Shown in pieces: positions 50,440 through 60,210 of a DNA stretch of 64,000 bases; the stretch's first letter is position 1, and every line of letters begins with the position of its first letter. The translations under genes were made by a program, and so were the position numbers. The stretch is taken from positions 3,296,001-3,360,000 of the forward strand of contig OY969474.1 in NCBI GenBank assembly GCA_963700145.1. Reading direction: 5' to 3'. The notes beneath the pieces were generated by a model that worked only from the letters and a program-made list of their open reading frames with translations, made no database searches and had not been told where the DNA came from. The DNA comes from an uncultured Acidobacteriota bacterium. Lineage in GTDB: Bacteria; Acidobacteriota; Thermoanaerobaculia; Multivoradales; UBA5704.

Positions 50440-50561
50440 CGCGATCTCCTTGGCTGAAACGCGACGCCCCACCGTGGAGGTGGGGCGGGAGGGGAGGCGC
50501 GCGGCGGCTTCGAGCCTGGGCGAGCCCGGACCCCGGGCCCGCACCCCGCGGGCGGCGTCGG

Positions 50562-50727
50562 GACGGCGGGCAGGTCTCCTGGCTCCCGGATCGTCCTACT
50601 CCCGGTCCTTCCCACACGGGCAACCCTGGTGGATCACGCCCGTGCAGTGGTCTGTCCGGTTTCGTCCCCGGTCACAGTGGCGGGGGCCGCGCCGGTCTCA
50701 CACCGGCCTTCCCTTCGCCGCGCCGTC
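50562..50727 (-). promoter_or_regulatory. cobalamin riboswitch
   Basis: minus strand GGGAAGGCCGGTG..CCCCGCCACTGTGA..CCACTG..GGGAAGG..GAGCCAGGAGACCTGCC; GACGGCG/CGCCGTC closing helix. Confidence 0.92.
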
Positions 50728-50775
50728 GGGTTTGTCAAAGAGGCCCCCACGGCGGGGGCCGGAGCCGTCAGCTTA

Positions 50776-51312
50776 TCAGCGCGGCGGGAACGGCGTGTCG
50801 CCGCCGGTCGGGGCGCCGACGAAGCGCGAGGGGATCCCCTGCGTCGCGTTGGGCTCGACGAACTGCTGGATCGAGTAGCTCTGCTCGGCGGCGCGCTGCT
50901 GCAGGTAGGCCTCGAGGATGGCGTTCTGCGCGTTGGCCGCCGCGGCCGAGACCGCCGCCGGGCTGCCGGGGGCGGCCTGCCCCGCCACGACCTGTTGGTC
51001 CTCGGGGATGGCCTGGTCGTTGGGAGCGAAGCCCAGGGAGATGGTGGTCGAGTCGATGCGGGTGCCGAAGCCGGTGTCGTCGAGGTCGGAGACGACGGAG
51101 GCGATCGAGTCCTTGGCGAGACCGATCCAGTTGCCGAACTCGCTGAGGAAGAGGACCAAGCTCGGGTCCCAGCTCGCCTCCTGCGGCTGATAGCGGGTCT
51201 CGAAGCCGGAGCCGTCGGTGAGGGTCACCTGGAAGCTCTCGGCGCCGGCCGGCGCGGCGAGCGGCGCCAGGGCGGAGAGAGCGAGGGCGGCGAGAGTCAG
51301 GCGTCGGCGCAT
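50776..51312 (-). CDS. secreted hypothetical protein
   Basis: AGGAGG RBS; signal peptide; VTLTDGSGFETRYQP. Confidence 0.75.
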   Translation of the reverse strand: MRRRLTLAALALSALAPLAAPAGAESFQVTLTDGSGFETRYQPQEASWDPSLVLFLSEFGNWIGLAKDSIASVVSDLDDTGFGTRIDSTTISLGFAPNDQAIPEDQQVVAGQAAPGSPAAVSAAAANAQNAILEAYLQQRAAEQSYSIQQFVEPNATQGIPSRFVGAPTGGDTPFPPR

Positions 51313-51348
51313 GCGGCCACCTCCTGAAAAGCGTTCAGTTGCGGCAGC

Positions 51349-52020
51349 TTAGCACGCCCGGCGGGCGGCGGCGCCTGGCAGATGCTTGGCGAGCTGCGCG
51401 CGGAAGAGCGACGCGCCGCCGTGGGCGGGGTGGCGGAGGGCGGGGGCGGGCGCGCCGATCTCCGCGAGGGCGGCGGCGGCCGTCCGGCCGACGGCGAGGA
51501 CCGCGGCGCCGGGGACGGAGGCGAGCAGCCGTTCCAGGACGTGGAGGTTCGCGAGCAGGAGGCGGCGCTCCGGCGCGCGGTTGGAGAGCGGGCCGCGGGC
51601 GCCCGCCGGATGCCAGGGGAACGCGTTCCAGAGGAGGACCCCGTCCGCGGCGCCGCCGAGCGCGCCCCAGACGACCGTCCCCGAGGGCTCCAGCCAGAGC
51701 GCGGAGTTGGCGCTGGTGGCGGCGAAGCGGCCGCCGGCGGCCCAGGGGAGGCGGTGCGCCGGGCCGCCGGCGAGCTGCCGCTCGCTGGTGAAGGCGATGC
51801 CCGAGAACCGCCCGCCGCGGTAGCCGAGCGCCTCGCCGACGAGGACGAGCCGCGGCCGGCCGACCCGCTCGAGGTAGGCCGCGAGGTTGCGCCGCCGGGC
51901 TCGCGCCGCGCCGGGCAGGTCGAGGCCGGGCAGCTCGTCGCGGTAGGGGTTGGCCACGCCGGGCGCCGCGCCGCGCGGCCCGCGCCGGAGTGCAAGCAGG
52001 AGGGGGGCGAAATCCGTCAT
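51349..52020 (-). CDS. uracil-DNA glycosylase superfamily protein
   Basis: LVGEALGYRGGRFSGIAFTSE, WNAFPWHP, RHPAHGG. Confidence 0.85.
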   Translation of the reverse strand: MTDFAPLLLALRRGPRGAAPGVANPYRDELPGLDLPGAARARRRNLAAYLERVGRPRLVLVGEALGYRGGRFSGIAFTSERQLAGGPAHRLPWAAGGRFAATSANSALWLEPSGTVVWGALGGAADGVLLWNAFPWHPAGARGPLSNRAPERRLLLANLHVLERLLASVPGAAVLAVGRTAAAALAEIGAPAPALRHPAHGGASLFRAQLAKHLPGAAARRAC

Positions 52021-52092
52021 AGAGGGCGTGAGGCGCCGGCATCTTGCCCCAGGCCGGGGACGGGCGCCAGGATGGAGACCGGAGGACTGAAG

Positions 52093-52638
52093 ATGCACCT
52101 GCCGTCGCGCCCGCTCGTCCCGCTCGCTCCGTTCCTCGTCGCGGCGGCGCTCTCGCCGCTCCTCGCCGCGCCGGCCGCCGCCGCCAAGCCCGCGCCCAAG
52201 CCGGCGGACGACAAGCCCGTGGTCATCGAGATCCGCCCCCGCCGCCCCGGCCCGGCGGCCGTCGCCCGCGAGCGCGAGCGGGTGGCGCGGATCGAGCGGG
52301 CGATGCCCGGCTGGTGCGCGCGCTACCGCGCCGCGGTCCGCCCGCTGCGCACCGCGCTCGACGAGACCGACCGCAGCCTGGCGATGTCCTGGGGCCCCTG
52401 GTCGCGCAACGTCTGCTTCGCGCTGCGGCTGGAGCTCGACGCCTTCAGCCTGCGCCCGCTAGCGGCCGCGCCCGATCCGGCGGTCGCGGCCTCCCTGCGC
52501 CAGGCGCTCCTCGTCCTGACCGAGGCCGCCGGCGCCTGCACGCGCGGCCTGCCGACCACGACGCGGCTCGCTCTCACGCCCGGCTTGCGCGACCTGGCGC
52601 GCGTGGACGCCGCCTGCGCGCCCGCCGGGCGCGAGTAG
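52093..52638 (+). CDS. secreted hypothetical protein
   Basis: GGAGG RBS; signal peptide; 4 Cys. Confidence 0.65.
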   Translation: MHLPSRPLVPLAPFLVAAALSPLLAAPAAAAKPAPKPADDKPVVIEIRPRRPGPAAVARERERVARIERAMPGWCARYRAAVRPLRTALDETDRSLAMSWGPWSRNVCFALRLELDAFSLRPLAAAPDPAVAASLRQALLVLTEAAGACTRGLPTTTRLALTPGLRDLARVDAACAPAGRE

Positions 52639-52640
52639 CG

Positions 52641-54719
52641 ATGCCGCGGCCGAAACCCGCCGCGCCGCCGCCGCCGCCCGCGCCGCCCCGAACGATCGGC
52701 GGCTTCACCGGCAAGCAGCTCCTCCTCCTCGTCCCGCTCCTCGCCGTCGTCGCCGCGCTCACCCTCTCCTACCTCTGGAACGAGGACTTCTTCTGGTATC
52801 TCACCTCCGGCGAGTACCTCCTCGAGCACGGCCGCGTCCCGGACGCAGACCCGTTCCTCTACACCGCCGAGAAGGGCATCGGCTGGGTCTACCACTCCTG
52901 GCTCTGGACGGTGCTCGTCGCCGCGATCGCGCGGCTGGCGGGGCTCGAGGGGGTCGTCGTCTTCCACGGGCTCCTCGCCCTCGGGCTGGCGGTCCTCGTC
53001 TACACCACGCGCTCCGTCGATCGGCTGGGGCTGGTCAACGCCCTCGCGCTGCTGCTCTTCCTGCTGACGATCGGCCAGCGCCTCTGCGGCAAGGCGGAGG
53101 TGGCGACCTGGCTGCTGCTCGCGGTCTTCTACCGCCTCCTCGAACGGGACGGGGCGTTCACCTGGAAACGCGGCGCCGCCCTGTGCGCGCTCCAGGTGCT
53201 GTGGGCCAACCTCCACGGCGGCTACCCGCTGGGCGTCGTCATCGCGCTCTGCTACAGCGCCGGCGGCTGGATCGAGACGCGCTTCGGCGCCAAGCCGGCG
53301 GAGGCCCCGCCCGGCCGCTCCCGCTTCCCGCCGCTCTGGTTTCCGGCGCTGCTCTTCCTCTTGGCGGTCGCCGACCCGCGGCTGTTCCGCGAGCGGCTCG
53401 TTCCCTTCGCCTTCGTGGCGGGGTCGGAGGCGGTGCAGCCGATCGGAGAGAGCGGCGGCAACGTCATCCTGGAGTGGCAGAGCCCGTTCCGCGCCGCCGA
53501 GGCCGCCCCCAGCCTGCCCTGGCTGTATCTCCTGGCCGTGGCGGCCGGGCTCGGCAGCTTCGTCCTGGCGCGGCGGTGGCCCGCCTCGCGCCTCCTCTTC
53601 TTCGCCGGCATGGCGGCGCTCGGCGCCACCGCCGTCCGCCACCTGCCGGGCATCGGGCTCGCCGCCGCCCTGGTGCTGCTCAGCAACCTCGGCGAGAAGT
53701 GGCGACAGCCGGCGGTGGCGCGGCGCAAAGGGCGTCGCGGGCCGGCGGAGCGCGCGGCGCCGGTGAACCGAGCCGCCGTCGCCGCGGCCGGGCTGCTCGC
53801 GCTGGCGTTGCTCGCCGCGGCCGCGGCGCTACGCCTGGCGCGGCCGGGCTTCGACGCCAGCCAGGCGAGGAGCTTCTTCACCGTCAAGCCCGCGATTGCC
53901 TGCCCGCGGGCGGCCGGCTTCATCCTCGACCGCGGGCTGCCGGGACCGATCTTCAACGACTTCCAGCTCGGCGCCTACCTGAGCTACCGCCTCTATCCAC
54001 GGCACCGCCTCTTCATCGACGGCCGGGTCCTCGATCCGGCGCTCGTGGTGCGCTACACGCAGATGGTCGAGTCGCCGTCGCTCTGGCGGCAGGCGGAGAA
54101 GCGCTACGGCTTCCGCACCGTCGTCCTCGGCACCTTCTCGAAGACGCTGCGCTCTCCCCTGGGCCGCGCCCTGCAGGAGGACCCGCGCTGGCGGCTGGTC
54201 TACCTCGACCCGCTCGCCGCGATCTTCACCAAGGGTGCGTCGGCGCCGCCGACCTTGCGGCTGGAGCTGCCGGGCCCGCGCCGCGTCCCCTTCGTCGATC
54301 CGCCGGGGTTCGTGCCGCCGCTGCCGGCCCTGCAGCGGCTCTTCCTGCGCGACACGCCGTCGAAGTACCTGGTCGAGTACCTGGCGGCCCTCGGCCACCT
54401 CGGCCGGACGCGCGAAGTCATCGCGCTCGCTACCGAGGCGCTGCGCATCATGCCCGAGCACCCACTGCTGCACCGCCAGCGCTGCGCGGCCCATCTGGTC
54501 GAAAAGGACGGGCGTGCCGCGCTCGCCGACTGCGAAGTCGCCTACCGCGGCCGCCCCGACGACAGCCAGGTCGTGGCCCTCTACGCGATGGCCCTGAGCG
54601 GCGCCGGCCGGGGGCAGGAGGCCATCTTCGTGCTCGACGAGGCACTACGCCGCCCGCGCCCCGACGACAGCCTGCGCCGGCTGCGCCAGAGCCTGATGAG
54701 AAGAAGCGGTGCGCAGTGA
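52641..54719 (+). CDS. polytopic membrane protein (GT-C-like) with C-terminal TPR
   Basis: DFFWYLTSGE, DPFLYT, WANLHGGY, FIDGR. Confidence 0.78.
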   Translation: MPRPKPAAPPPPPAPPRTIGGFTGKQLLLLVPLLAVVAALTLSYLWNEDFFWYLTSGEYLLEHGRVPDADPFLYTAEKGIGWVYHSWLWTVLVAAIARLAGLEGVVVFHGLLALGLAVLVYTTRSVDRLGLVNALALLLFLLTIGQRLCGKAEVATWLLLAVFYRLLERDGAFTWKRGAALCALQVLWANLHGGYPLGVVIALCYSAGGWIETRFGAKPAEAPPGRSRFPPLWFPALLFLLAVADPRLFRERLVPFAFVAGSEAVQPIGESGGNVILEWQSPFRAAEAAPSLPWLYLLAVAAGLGSFVLARRWPASRLLFFAGMAALGATAVRHLPGIGLAAALVLLSNLGEKWRQPAVARRKGRRGPAERAAPVNRAAVAAAGLLALALLAAAAALRLARPGFDASQARSFFTVKPAIACPRAAGFILDRGLPGPIFNDFQLGAYLSYRLYPRHRLFIDGRVLDPALVVRYTQMVESPSLWRQAEKRYGFRTVVLGTFSKTLRSPLGRALQEDPRWRLVYLDPLAAIFTKGASAPPTLRLELPGPRRVPFVDPPGFVPPLPALQRLFLRDTPSKYLVEYLAALGHLGRTREVIALATEALRIMPEHPLLHRQRCAAHLVEKDGRAALADCEVAYRGRPDDSQVVALYAMALSGAGRGQEAIFVLDEALRRPRPDDSLRRLRQSLMRRSGAQ

Positions 54720-54735
54720 ACGCACCCACCCTGGA

Positions 54736-54766
54736 ATACCCGGGTATCTCCACCGGGTGCTACCAT
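54736..54766 (+). promoter_or_regulatory. operator palindrome and extended -10 of the mazEF-like operon
   Basis: ATACCCGGGTAT palindrome (54736-54747); TGC-TACCAT (54758-54766) 6 nt before ATG. Confidence 0.6.
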
Positions 54767-54772
54767 AGAGGC

Positions 54773-55009
54773 ATGAAGTTGGGCGTCTCGCTTCCCGACG
54801 ACCTCGTCACCTTCGCCGACGAGGAGGCCAAGCGCCGCAAGACCAGCCGGTCCGGCCTCCTCGCCCAGCTCCTCGAAGCCGAGCGAGTGCGCGAGCAGGT
54901 AGGCCGGTACATCGATCGTCACGGCTGGGACGTAGCGGAAGACGACAAAGCCTGGCGGCAGTATCAGCGACGCCGGATGGGGGAGAGCTACGGCGACGAC
55001 GAATGGTGA
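54773..55009 (+). CDS. RHH antitoxin
   Basis: MKLGVSLPDDLVTFADEEAKRRKTSRSGLL. Confidence 0.85.
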   Translation: MKLGVSLPDDLVTFADEEAKRRKTSRSGLLAQLLEAERVREQVGRYIDRHGWDVAEDDKAWRQYQRRRMGESYGDDEW

Positions 55010-55013
55010 GCCG

Positions 55014-55331
55014 CTGCCGAGGCGCGGCGAGGTGTGGTGGGTGCACGTCGACAAGCGGCGGCCGGCCGTGGTCGTACAGACCGACCGGGTCCGTGAGGCG
55101 CGGGTGCGCACCTTTCTCGTCGTGCCGCTGACGAGCCGGCTGCACCTCGATGGGCTCCCGGGCAATGTGCGCCTCGAGCGGCGGGCAACCGGCCTGCCGA
55201 AGCCCTCCGTCGCCAACGTCTACGACATCCAGAAGGTGCTGCGCTCGGACTTCAGCGAGCGCCTGGGCGCGCTCCCCGCCGAAACCCTCTCTCGCCTCGA
55301 TGCGGGGCTGAGGCTGGTGCTCGACCTGTAG
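55014..55331 (+). CDS. mazF: MazF/PemK toxin (start codon uncertain)
   Basis: PRRGEVWW..KRRPAVVVQ..VVPLTS..GLPKPSVAN. Confidence 0.88.
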   Translation: MPRRGEVWWVHVDKRRPAVVVQTDRVREARVRTFLVVPLTSRLHLDGLPGNVRLERRATGLPKPSVANVYDIQKVLRSDFSERLGALPAETLSRLDAGLRLVLDL

Positions 55332-55343
55332 TTGCCGGTCCGA

Positions 55344-56660
55344 TCACTGCGCGTCCGGCAGCTCGGTTTCGACCTGGCGCAGCCGGGGGTTGCGGCTCGC
55401 GGCCGCGAGGACGGCTAGGACGAGCAGCCCGAGGACGATGAAGAGCAGGCCGATGCCGCGCCCCGGCCCGACGCCGATGACGCGTCCGACCGTGGGCGCG
55501 AGGGGGCCGCCGGGCTGGAGGAGGGGCTCGAAGACGTGGTCGGCGAGCGGGCCGGCGAGCAGGTAGCCCAAGGGGAGTGTCGACCAGGCGACCATGCGCC
55601 GCACCGCGAAGACGCGGCCCTGGAGATCGGGCGCGACCTTGCTCTGCCAGATCGCCTGGCTGCACCCCTCGACGATCGGCGTGGCGAAGAGGAAGACGAA
55701 GGCCGCCGCGGCGACCAGCGCGGCGCTCGGCCGCACGCCGCCGAGGAAGAGGAGCAACCCCTGGACGAGGAGGCCGCCGAGCACGCCGTCGATCCGCCGC
55801 GGCGGCCCTCCCCAGACGCTCATCACGAGGCTTCCCGCCAGCATGCCGCACCCCGCCACCGCCAGCACCAGCCCCAAGACCTCGACCGAGGCAAAGCTGA
55901 GGACGAGCGGCGTCACCAACACCTGGAGGATCGCCAGGCTGAAGTTGGTGGCCGCCAGGAGGAGGAGCATGGCGCGCAGGCCGGGGCGCTGCCGGATGTA
56001 GACCCAGCCGTGCCAGGCCTCGCGCAGCAGCGAGCCGCGCGCCGCGACCCCTTCGGCCGTCGCCTCCGGCCGCGGGAAGCGAACCGCCAAGAGGGTCAGG
56101 AGAGCGACGAGGAAGCTCGCGACGTCGAGCACCAGCACGCCGCGCAAGCCGATCGGCCCGAGGAGCGCGCCGCCGAGCAGCGGCGCCATGATCTGCGATA
56201 CCGCCACCCCCAACTGCGCGATGCCGCTCGCCCGTCCCAGCTGGTGCCGCGAGACGAGGAGGGTCGTGGTGGCGGTGAACGCCGGCCATTGGAGGGCCGC
56301 GAAGCTCGAGCTGACCGCGAGGAGCAGGTAGATCTGCCAGAGCTCCAGCCGCCCGCTCCAGAGGAGGGCCGCGAGCGCGAGCGTGCAGAGGGCCGAGCCC
56401 GAGTCGCCGAGGAGCATCGCCCGGCGCCGGTCCCAGCGGTCCGCCAGCGCTCCGGCGAGCGGCGAGAGGACGATGACCGGCAGCATCACGCAGAGCGTGA
56501 CGAGGGCGAACCGGGTGGCCGATCCGGTGCGCTGGTAGACCGCGACCCCCAGCGCGAAGCCGGTGAGGCCGGAGCCGAGCATCGAGACGACCTGCCCGGC
56601 CAGGACGATGCCGAAGACGGCGAAGCCGCGAGAAGGAAGCGGAGCGGTGTGCGACCTCAC
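55344..56660 (-). CDS. MFS efflux transporter
   Basis: AGALADRWDRRRAM, QGRVFA; many TM helices. Confidence 0.9.
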   Translation of the reverse strand: MRSHTAPLPSRGFAVFGIVLAGQVVSMLGSGLTGFALGVAVYQRTGSATRFALVTLCVMLPVIVLSPLAGALADRWDRRRAMLLGDSGSALCTLALAALLWSGRLELWQIYLLLAVSSSFAALQWPAFTATTTLLVSRHQLGRASGIAQLGVAVSQIMAPLLGGALLGPIGLRGVLVLDVASFLVALLTLLAVRFPRPEATAEGVAARGSLLREAWHGWVYIRQRPGLRAMLLLLAATNFSLAILQVLVTPLVLSFASVEVLGLVLAVAGCGMLAGSLVMSVWGGPPRRIDGVLGGLLVQGLLLFLGGVRPSAALVAAAAFVFLFATPIVEGCSQAIWQSKVAPDLQGRVFAVRRMVAWSTLPLGYLLAGPLADHVFEPLLQPGGPLAPTVGRVIGVGPGRGIGLLFIVLGLLVLAVLAAASRNPRLRQVETELPDAQ

Positions 56661-56667
56661 CCGCGGT

Positions 56668-57750
56668 TCAGTCGTAGACGCGGACTTGCACGTACGGCGG
56701 CGGGTCGGCCGGCGGAGAGTCGTTCTCCATGATCGAGACCTCGCCGACCTTGCCGATCTCCTTGAAGCCGGCGAAACGGTAGGTGATGAGCATCTGCCGG
56801 TTGCGGTCGTTGGACACGAACTCGGCGCGGAGCTTCGCCCCCGCCTCCCTCGCCAGCCGCAGGACGTGGTGGATCATGATCGTCCCCACCCCTTTGGACA
56901 TGACGCGGCAGGACATGAGGAGGAGCTTCACCGTCCAGACCTCCGGGCCCAGCTCGATCAGGGTGAGCCCGATCTTGCCGTAGGTGCCGTGCCGGTCCTC
57001 CAGGCTGGATATCAGGAGCTTGTGGCGGGGCGACCGCCGGAGCTCGTCGAGCTCCTCGTAGGAGTAGGTGTAGCCGGTGGTGTTGAGCTGGTTGGTGCGG
57101 ACCGTCAGCTCCTCGGCGCGCTTGAGGTCCTCCTCCTGGCAGGGGGTGATGGTGAAGACCATGCCGAGGGTCGCCAGGAACTCCTCCTTGGGGCCGACAT
57201 AGGCGACCTCCTCGCGGTTGCGCGCCACGTCGGCCTGGTACATCAGGCGGCGGATCCGCGAGTCGTCGGTCACGAAGCGCGGGTTGAGCTCGGGCCGGTC
57301 GACCAGACCGTCGAGGCAGGCGGAGTCGAGGCAGAGGACCCGGGCGTGCGAGAAGGCCACCTCCTCGCGCTCGAACGGCTGGTCGTCGACGAAGGCGACG
57401 GCGTCGAGGCCGATGTTGATGTCCTCGGCGATCTGGGCGATCGAGGCCGCCTTGGAGTTCCAGTTGATCTGCGGATAGAGGAAGTACTCGGCGAGGCCTA
57501 GCTCTTCGAGCTTGGCCATGGCGACGTCATGGTCGTTGCGGCTGGCGATCGAGTGGAGGATGCCGCGCGCGTCGAGGGTCTTGATGATGTCGACGACCTG
57601 CGGGCGGAGGCGGACCTCGGGGTCTTCGAGGAGGATGCCGTCCCAGATCGTGTCGTCGAGGTCCCAGACGACGCACTTGATCGACTGCTTCTCTTTCTTC
57701 TTCGCCGCGCGGACGGCGGCGGCGTGGGGTGCGGTTTCGAGCTCGAGCAT
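56668..57750 (-). CDS. fkbH: FkbH-like glyceryl-ACP synthase (HAD-IIIC)
   Basis: KCVVWDLDDTIWDG, FVDDQPFER, RTNQLN, LMSCRV. Confidence 0.92.
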   Translation of the reverse strand: MLELETAPHAAAVRAAKKKEKQSIKCVVWDLDDTIWDGILLEDPEVRLRPQVVDIIKTLDARGILHSIASRNDHDVAMAKLEELGLAEYFLYPQINWNSKAASIAQIAEDINIGLDAVAFVDDQPFEREEVAFSHARVLCLDSACLDGLVDRPELNPRFVTDDSRIRRLMYQADVARNREEVAYVGPKEEFLATLGMVFTITPCQEEDLKRAEELTVRTNQLNTTGYTYSYEELDELRRSPRHKLLISSLEDRHGTYGKIGLTLIELGPEVWTVKLLLMSCRVMSKGVGTIMIHHVLRLAREAGAKLRAEFVSNDRNRQMLITYRFAGFKEIGKVGEVSIMENDSPPADPPPYVQVRVYD

Positions 57751-57764
57751 GTCGTGGGCTCCTA

Positions 57765-58898
57765 CTAGAACTCCTGGAAATCGAAGAGGGGGAGCGTGAT
57801 CTGCTGGATCTGGGTGCTCCCTTCGATGACCTCCATCACCTTCGAGTCGCGCAGGTAGCGGGCGACGGGGAAGTCCTCGGAGAGGCCGTTGGCGCCGTGG
57901 ATCTGCACGGCGTCGTTGGCCGCCCGGGTGGCCATGGTGGAGGCGAAGTACTTCGCCGCCATGGTCTCGGCCGGCGCCCCCGGGTCGCGCGTGTCGCGCA
58001 GGTAGCCGGCGCGCAGGCAGAGGAGCCGGGCGGCGCGGACGTTGACGATCATCTCGGCGAGGAGGGCGCGGACGAGCTGGTGGTCCGCCAGCGGGACGCC
58101 GAACTGGCGCCGCTCGGCGGCGTAGCTGCGGCAGGCGTCGAGGCAGGCCTGGCCGATGCCGACCGAGCCCCAGGAGACGCTGTAGCGCCCCTGCTCGAGG
58201 GCCGCCGCCGCCACGTGCGAGATGCCGAAGCCGACGCGGCCGACGAGGTTCGCCGCGGGGACGCGGCAGTCGGCGAAGAACAGCTCCGCGAGGAGCGAGG
58301 CGCGGGTGCCGACGATCCCGCGCAGCGGCCGGACGGTGAGACCCGGCGATTCCCGTTCCACCAGGAAAGCCGCCGGCTGCCCCTCGACCTTGGCGAAGAC
58401 CAGGAAGAGGTCGGCGATCTGGCCGAAGGTGGTCCACTTCTTCCGGCCGTCGAGGACCCAGACGTCGCCGTCGGCCCGCGCGGTGGTTTCGATCCCCATC
58501 GCGTCGCTGCCGGCGTTGGGCTCGGAGAGGGCGAGGGCGCCCAGCAGCTCGCCGCGCGCCATCCGCGGCAGGTAGAGCTGCCGCTGCTCGCGGCTCCCCC
58601 ACCGCCCCACCGCGTGGGCCACCATGTCATGCACGGTCAGGAGCGAGCGGACCGACGAGCAGCCGCGGGCGATCTCCTCGGTCAGCAGGCCGTAGGTGAT
58701 CATGTCGAGGCCGCGCCCGCCGTGCTCCGGCGGCACGTTCGAGCCCAGCCAGCCCCGCTCGCGGAGCCGGCCGACGAGCTCCAACGGGATCGCCTCCTCA
58801 CGGTCCCAGCGGTCGGCGTGGGGGGCGATCTCGGCGGCCACGAAGGCGCGGAACTCCGCACGCGCCTCTCGCTGCCCGGCGCTGAGCTCGAGCTTCAC
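57765..58898 (-). CDS. acyl-ACP dehydrogenase (FkbI/ZmaE-like)
   Basis: ALSEPNAGSD, GRKKWTTFG, RRQFG, QIHGANG, IEGSTQI. Confidence 0.9.
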   Translation of the reverse strand: MKLELSAGQREARAEFRAFVAAEIAPHADRWDREEAIPLELVGRLRERGWLGSNVPPEHGGRGLDMITYGLLTEEIARGCSSVRSLLTVHDMVAHAVGRWGSREQRQLYLPRMARGELLGALALSEPNAGSDAMGIETTARADGDVWVLDGRKKWTTFGQIADLFLVFAKVEGQPAAFLVERESPGLTVRPLRGIVGTRASLLAELFFADCRVPAANLVGRVGFGISHVAAAALEQGRYSVSWGSVGIGQACLDACRSYAAERRQFGVPLADHQLVRALLAEMIVNVRAARLLCLRAGYLRDTRDPGAPAETMAAKYFASTMATRAANDAVQIHGANGLSEDFPVARYLRDSKVMEVIEGSTQIQQITLPLFDFQEF

Positions 58899-59149
58899 GC
58901 CGGGGCCGGCTCCGCCGCGGCCTTGCGGGCGATCAGGTTGGAGATGGCATCGATCGAGCGGAAGTTGTCGAGGTCCAGGTCCTCGTCCTCGACGCGGATG
59001 CCGAAGGTCTTCTCGATGAAGGCCACGAGCTGGATGGCGAGGAGCGAGTTGACGAAGCCGAGGGCGAAGATGTCCTCGTCCGGCCGCAAGTCGTGGCTCT
59101 TGAAGAAGCGGGAGAGGAACTCCTTGATCGCGAGCTGGGTCTGGTCCAT
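58895..59149 (-). CDS. acyl carrier protein (FkbJ/ZmaD-like)
   Basis: DIFALGFVNSL..DLDLDNFRSI. Confidence 0.9.
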   Translation of the reverse strand: MDQTQLAIKEFLSRFFKSHDLRPDEDIFALGFVNSLLAIQLVAFIEKTFGIRVEDEDLDLDNFRSIDAISNLIARKAAAEPAPA

Positions 59150-59167
59150 GGCGCCTGCTGCGCTTCC

Positions 59168-60028
59168 TTAGGCGAGGGTGTAGTCGTAGAACCCCTTGCC
59201 GCTCTTGCGGCCGTGGAGGCCGGCGTCGACCATCTTCTTGAGCAGTGGGGAGGGACGGTACTTGCCGTCGCTGTAGCTCTCGTAGAGGACCTCGATCGAG
59301 TCGAGGATGGTGTCGAGCCCGATCAGGTCGGCGGTCTCGAGCGGCCCCATCTTGTGGCCGAAGCAGCCCTTGAAGAGCTGGTCGATCTGCTCGGCCGTCG
59401 CCACTCCGTCCTGCACCAGGCAGACGGCTTCGTTGATAGTGAGCATCAGCACCCGGTTGGTGACGAACCCCGGCAGGTCGTTGACGACGATGCACTCCTT
59501 GCCAAGCTGCCGCAGGAACTGCCGGGAAGCGGCGAGCGTCTCCTCGCTGGTGTGGTGGCCGCGGACGACCTCGACCAGCGGCTTCAAAGGCACCGGGTTC
59601 ATGAAGTGCATGCCGACGACGCGGTCGGGGCGCCGCGTGAGCGCCGCGACGCGGGTGATCGAGAAGCACGAGGTGTTGACCGCGAAGATCGTCCGCTCGG
59701 GGCAGATGGCGTCGATCCGCGGGTAGATCCCGCGCTTGACCTCCCACTTCTCGGGGACGTTCTCGACCACCAGGTCGGCGCCGGCGAGCGCTTCGAGCTC
59801 GGTGGTGAAAGTGATCCGGCCGAGCACCTCCCCGGCGTCTTGGCGCTGCGTCCCCTTCTGCAGCATGCCCTGGAAGCGGAGGCTCTGGCGGATCGCGTCG
59901 CGGGCCCGGTCCAGCACCTCGTCGGCGACGTCCACGAGGAGGGTGGCATGTCCCGTCTGCGCGAGGCTCTGCCCCACTCCGACCCCGATCACCCCGGCGC
60001 CGATGACGCCGACCGTCCTCACTTCCAT
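59168..60028 (-). CDS. 3-hydroxyacyl dehydrogenase (FkbK/ZmaG-like)
   Basis: GVIGAGVIG, VENVPE, GMHFMNP, PGFVTNR, MGPLETADLIGLD. Confidence 0.9.
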   Translation of the reverse strand: MEVRTVGVIGAGVIGVGVGQSLAQTGHATLLVDVADEVLDRARDAIRQSLRFQGMLQKGTQRQDAGEVLGRITFTTELEALAGADLVVENVPEKWEVKRGIYPRIDAICPERTIFAVNTSCFSITRVAALTRRPDRVVGMHFMNPVPLKPLVEVVRGHHTSEETLAASRQFLRQLGKECIVVNDLPGFVTNRVLMLTINEAVCLVQDGVATAEQIDQLFKGCFGHKMGPLETADLIGLDTILDSIEVLYESYSDGKYRPSPLLKKMVDAGLHGRKSGKGFYDYTLA

Positions 60029-60133
60029 GCGGCGTTCTCCCCTTCCTCGCCTCGTTCGACTCCCAAGTCGCAAGTGTCACCGCCTGGCAGGTAGGTGACA
60101 CAAGAGACCTGGGAGCGGGTGCGCTTTCCAGAC

Positions 60134-60161
60134 TTGACTGAGATGAACATAAGAGTATCTT
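60134..60161 (+). promoter_or_regulatory. candidate NRPS promoter
   Basis: TTGACT-16 bp-TATCTT in an AT-rich divergent intergenic region. Confidence 0.45.
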
Positions 60162-60210
60162 ACCCGTCCCGTCGCCTTCCGCCGAGAGCCCGCGACGGCG
60201 AGAAGCGCTG

